This document shows, piece by piece, positions 58,501-64,000 of a stretch of 64,000 bases of DNA. Position 1 is the stretch's first letter; each line of letters starts with the position of its first letter. The notes beneath the pieces are model-generated. The model saw nothing but the letters and a program-made list of their open reading frames with translations, did no database searches and was not told the DNA's origin. The position numbers and the translations under genes were made by a program. This DNA comes from Bispira polyomma (taxonomy: Eukaryota), in NCBI GenBank assembly GCA_965649765.1, contig OZ287751.1, positions 62,248,001 through 62,312,000 of the forward strand. The letters run 5' to 3'.

Positions 58501-60399
58501 CTGAACTATGAATTTTTTTGATCTCTCTGCCTATTATTTGTAACAGATTAGTAATCAGACAAAAGTGGGGGAAATTACTTTGGCATACCAGTGTTCAACA
58601 CTAGCAGTGGACTCAACTAGAGAAGGTGAAATTGGCATTAGACAGAACATCAAGATTCCATACTCTATCACTCGGAGGACTGCAATGTAATAACCAAATA
58701 AACAGAGAAGTACTTCAAACAATTTACCTATCTGTATGACTGGATATTGGTTTGGCATCTGCTGAGGTGCTAGAAAATGCAAGCTATTGTAGATAGCTAG
58801 AAATATGTGTATTATATGCATTAAAATGTATTTTTTCTCTGTTTCTGAGGGGCTATGATATTAATTATTGTCATATAAAGTGCAAAAAGAGTAGGACCAA
58901 GCAGAGAAGTCTGGTGCATATCAGATTATTTTAGCACGTTAGGATCTGATAGTATGTTTAAAATCTGTTTTATAAGTATTAGGTAAACTAATTATATACT
59001 GAACCACAGATGCCAAACCAGGTTGACAATCAGTCCAGTAAACAGGACATTGTTATTAGTACTAGTATCAAAGGCTGCTAACTAGTCAAGCAGCAAAAGC
59101 GCTGTTCGGATACATTTTGTATGAATGTCACCCATGAAAAGGCTGTTTTTGTAGAGTGATACTTTTTTGTAGTCATTCTGGTACATTTTCATTCTATTAT
59201 TGTTCAGTTTCAACAGTTTGGAGAACATAACTGTGTAATTATTTCTCATTATAGTAATCACTAGGATAGTAATGAACCCATTATTATAAAGATGATTCAT
59301 CCAACCAGAATACTTCTTTGTTGGTATTGTTTAAAGTTTGGGTATCTACTGGCCAAAGGGTAAAATTAGACACAATTACAATTTTTTTGCAACTTGTATT
59401 TTCTTTATTATAATCAGATGACACTTCATTGTCCAAGCTAAAAAACAGAATAATTTTAATACCTTTATTATTTATTATCCATGTCAAACATATTCCTAAG
59501 ATACTACAATATATGTGCTAACAATATGACCAAGTGACATTAAGAAAAACAATCACATACTCCCTATAAATACGTGCATTATTGGAAATACTAGATTTTA
59601 GCATGAGCACAAACCTACAAGAGGGATGTGTTTAATTCATTTATATGTCATCTTTACTGACATTCAAGCTGGCAAAAATGTTTGGGACCTTATTAATGTA
59701 GTGGTGACACACTCGCCTCTCACCTCTGTCATTATGCGTTCAATGCTTGACCCTGGCATGTGTGGGAAAATGAGCAGTAATCTTGCTGAATGCAGATGGT
59801 TTGTAGTGCAGAACCGTTTTACCAACAACCCTATTCTTATTACCTCCTCCAGTGATGTTCCCATTCTGATATGATGCAAATATGTTGAAACCAACATTAA
59901 TAACCAAACTAGAGTAATGACGATGACCAATTTGATAAATATAAAGTACATGATTATTGGTTTTTTGATTTTGAAGTTGAACTGTACAATATGCCTAGCA
60001 TTAAAAAGATGTGTTGAAAATCAACAATACAATGAAACAGTGAGGCCTTTTGGTTTTTTAATAACAAAGGGATGTGTTTTTTGGGGGGGTTACTAAGTTT
60101 CATAAATGTTCAAATATAAATGTCAAAAATGCTTCAAGTGATTTAGTTCCTATGCATGTTTATTTTTCTTACCTTTTAATTTCATGTTTTTTTTTTGTTT
60201 TGATACTTTTTCACAAAAATTAGCATTACTATGATGATGATATACTCATTTGGTCTGTTGGCAACAGTTGGACTTACAGGAGCTTACATTTGGATGAGAA
60301 GAGCTGCCCTCTCAGTCAAAACTGCGATAAGGTGATGTTCTTTATCATAAAAGAGAATATTTTCAATAAGAGATAAAAGTGGCATAAGGACACTCAACA

Positions 60400-63200
60400 G
60401 AGTACATACCTACACCAAGGTGCCTCAGAGGCTAAACGGAAAAAATATAAGTTTAAGCTTGACGCTTTGCATCTATGTTTCCACAGCCTCAAGGTATTTT
60501 GCCAACTCTGATATGCTTGAGTAAACATTTCTAGCATCTATCGCTAAGTATATTTGGGTGTTATCAGCATACTGAGGTGAGTGGTTTACATAGTGAAAAG
60601 CAGAAAACCCAATACTGAACTTTGTAGGACACCATGGGGTATTGAAAAAGCTTCTGAGAAATTATCGCCAATTTAGATTTTTAAGCTTTCTTTGGTGAAA
60701 ATAGGACCGAATCCAACTAAGGACAGTGCCATTGATGCCAAACCAATCAGTGATACAATTAAAAAGGATAGTATGGTCGATGACATCAAAGGCAGCAAAC
60801 AGGTCCAACAGTGTGAGTGCAACTGCTTTACCGTTGTCAACAGCAGCGACTATATCATTTTGAATTTTCAACAGAGCGGTTTCGGTTGAATGATTACGTC
60901 TGTATGCTGAGTGATGTATATTTGTGGTGCCTTCATGGGCGATAAAGTCGTTTAGTCACTACTTTCTCAATGAGTTTGGAGACATAGCTCAAATTAGATA
61001 CAGGTCTGTAATTTTTAAGATTATTTCTATCAAGACTGGGTTATTAAAGAAGTGGAGAAACATAGGTTTTGAAGCAAGTTTGGAAAGTACCTTCCTGAAG
61101 TGAAAGATTTATGATACTTGTAATGAGTGTGATGTCGATACAATCCTTTGACAAGGATGAAGGGATTAGATCCAAATCGCAGAACTTATTTTGAGAGGAT
61201 TGGATAAGCTTAAGAACTTCTTCCTTGGACAGAGTATGAAAGGAGGTAAAAGTGTTATCTATAGTGGGTGTGTGCGGTGAGGTCTCGGAGGATGATGACA
61301 GGCTAGACCTGAGTTTGGTGATTCCCTCTGACAAAAATTACCGTTGAAGATTTGTGGAGTATTTTCTTTGTGGTTGTAGCGATTAACCACAGCGTGGTAC
61401 CTGCTCCTATTTATGCTTGACATGTCTTGGCGCAACGTACTTCTAGTTTACTCTTAAGGCGTTTGGCAGCCAGGATTTCCTTGTTTTTGAATCCAGTATC
61501 AGGGTGTTGAGGAATTTTTCTTTTGTTTGCTAGTGCATGCCTGTTGAGTCGGTCTCTGAGGGTATTCAAGTACTGATGACTGAGGAGACTAGCAGTTTTA
61601 TGGTTTATAGTGGTTAAGAAGTCCTTACTGACGTGCAGCACATCTTAGGTGTGGCCATGTGTATGGGTGGCTTGTCGATTAACTGTGTGTAATCGAACTG
61701 AGATACGATATCGTTAAAATTTTTAGACCATGTATTTGATGAATTCATATGGATATTCAGATCCGCGCAGACGACATTTTCATGACTCGTCACAGCGGCA
61801 ACCTCCATAAAAACAGTAACTCCTCTTACAAACTGGCTTTTAAAGCACTGGGGGCTCTGTAAAAAACGTGGAAACTTAGGTCTTGGTAATTTTCATTGGA
61901 AATTTTGACAGATGTGTGTTCGAAGGTGTTGAAAGTGCCTTTTCTAAGTGCGTGGAAAGTGGGTGAAATTGAAACCAGGGGGCGGGGGTTAATTTCCTTT
62001 ATATAATTTTCAGTGTCAGAAGGTCTAAGCCATGTCTCGACGACAGCGACAACATCCAGCTTGTTGGTTTTGACGAAATCACAAAAAGCGGCACCCTTGT
62101 TTCTGATTCATCTGACATTTATGAGACATACATTTAAATTTAATGTGTTGAGTCCAGGATTGATACAGACATCTCCTGACAATATTAAAAGCATAGAGAC
62201 CCATGGGTTGATTTTTTGGTAGGTGTAGGTCACTCTGCGACAATGACTTTGAAATGTAAGAAAAGCAGAGTTAAGTTGGTTTAAACTGGGGTGAATGCTG
62301 GAATCAATGTAAAAAGTTGTGTGTTTTGAGGAGTTATTGTGGGGTACTAGGTTTGGTTTACCCATAAGGTTAATAAAAAGAAACAAGAAAATGCATTCCA
62401 GAAGAAAACAACAGCAGTCAACAGTAGTGAAACTGGAAAAAAAAACAGATGGAAAAATTTGTGTTATTTACAAATAAAATAATAATATGCGAGGGGTGAT
62501 TACAAAAGAGAAGCTAACAACAGCTGTCAATTTGACAGAAAAACCACCAGGTAACAGTAAGATGAACAAGACAAAAATAAACAAAGATAGATCTGATTAA
62601 TTTGTGTCGTATATAACTACTAAATAGCAGAGTCTGTAGGCCTGTAATTACTGGCAACAAAAACAATAAAAAGTGTGTAAAGAATGTATGGTACGCATCG
62701 ATTGCTGACGATAGTACAAGGTAATAAACAGTCCAGGAGAAAAAGCTACAGGGCGCAGTAAAAATTGAGATGAAGCAAGAAAATTACGTTTTATAAGAGA
62801 GTATTTTAGTCTAATAACTTGCAAAGGTAATAGGTTGTAATGTGACAAGTGTGGGTGATAATATAGTGTATTAAACCATTCAGGAGTAAAGGCCACAGGG
62901 GCAGTAAAAAATCGAGATAAAACAAGAAAATAACGATTTATAAGATGGTATTTATGTGTTATAACTTTTAGAGCCAGTATGTTGTAATAATTGAAATAAC
63001 TAGTAAAACGAGACAGAATTGATAAAAACGGCAACTTTCTTGGTTGAACCCTATTAGTCATTAGAAGTAAAAATGGTAAAATACTAAATTACTTAAAATT
63101 TCCAAAAGTAAAATAGTACAATACTAACTTTCCAAAATCAATTCGATTCATTCAGCTAGTTGTCAGCTTGATTGTCAAGGTTTAGGAGTTTAAACTTGAA
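60400..63200 (-). mobile_element. L2/CR1-group LINE with 5' UTR, 2A-like motif, AP endonuclease and RT remnants
   Basis: LLILSGDVCINPG, CLINVR, VETWL, ADLNIH, CDLDLIP, ETALLKIQNDI, LLDLFAAFDVIDH, YADNTQIY; many lesions. Confidence 0.88.
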
Positions 63201-63490
63201 TAAGCATATTATTGCTAGAACAAAAGTGGCATTACTGTGAATAGTATTGTATGGTTTACGACAGCAGCAAGCTGGAAGGGAACAACTGTATCGGAAAGGT
63301 ACTCCTATTTAGAAACCTGCAGAGGAATGTGTTATAGCATTCCAAGGTAACATGTGTTTAATTTAGAACATTCAAATGTCCATGTCATTCATCAACATCG
63401 TAGTCCAAGAACACAAACCATAAATGTTGTTGATATCAATCAACAATATTGCTACTATAATTTTGCCTATATGTACGCTGTGTACACCAG

Positions 63491-63629
63491 TAAGCTGGAT
63501 GTAAAACAAGTCCAGGTAGGACCTTACCAGATCATGTATGCTGAGCGTGGCCTCCCTGGTGTCAAGTCCTCTCTCCTCTTGGTCCATGGGTTCAGCGTTG
63601 ATAAAAATGTATGGATGAGAGTGGTGAAG
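63491..63629 (+). CDS. ABHD6: Exon of an ABHD6-like alpha/beta hydrolase (monoacylglycerol lipase family)
   Basis: YQIMYAERGLPGVKSSLLLVHGFSVDKNVWMRVVK resembles ABHD6 (Y..RG.PG....LLMLHGFSA.KD.W..VVK); CCAG acceptor, AAG|GTGAGA donor; the rest of the gene is unlocated or outside the window. Confidence 0.75.
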
Positions 63630-64000
63630 GTGAGAACAGTATGCCTAAATAAATATTTTAGTCATACAAATTTACAAAATATGAAAAAAAATAATATAAA
63701 GTATGTTTTACCCAAATTGTATTTGTAAACAATTAATGTTTTTCATACATTATATGTAACAGTCATAGCTTTACACAGAGATATATGTTATGACGTCTGT
63801 GTCTATAGTGAGATGTTAAAGATTTCATGTTCCCTGTTCATCTTATTGTATTGTGTATAGTGCAAGGACAATATCAACCCCCTTACCACTGGGCCATGCA
63901 ATGTCACCAGTAAATTAAAAGGGAGTGTTAGACACTGGCTCAGGTTAGCATTGCAGTGGAATATGCTTGAATTTCTCAGCCAATTTGATATTTACCCGTA

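Overview
AT-rich animal genomic DNA, probably a marine invertebrate; the SUEL/CUB receptor architecture and repeat families suggest a lophotrochozoan, but this is inference. There are three + strand host genes, assembled by hand from splice sites and reading phase: (1) a SUEL-lectin/CUB-like/sushi-like single-pass membrane protein (~10.6-20.0 kb); (2) a 9-exon NUBP1/Nbp35-like cytosolic Fe-S assembly ATPase (30224-49203, 308 aa); (3) one exon of an ABHD6-like hydrolase (63491-63629). Most of the rest is mobile DNA: L2/CR1-type LINE fragments, tRNA-derived SINEs, Helentron-like (HINE) and MITE remnants, a decayed hAT transposase and minisatellites. The main finding is three divergent Ngaro-type tyrosine-recombinase retroelements with split direct repeats: a structurally complete copy in NUBP1-like intron 2 (31918-38597, +), a decayed copy (~21200-28423, -) and a non-coding A-spacer-B derivative (1766-2699, -). 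Comparing them shows several conserved features. All three carry a covarying stem-loop plus a UGCUAGGC...GGUG(U)CCA hairpin in the A2-B2 spacer, and that hairpin recurs inside a separate Pol III tRNA-like unit at 45.2 kb. The two coding copies also share in-phase splice sites that would make a Gag-recombinase fusion, an in-frame TAG between gag and pol, and an unrecognised ~110-aa domain upstream of the RT. All alignments and folds were done by eye, so repeat-fragment boundaries are approximate.
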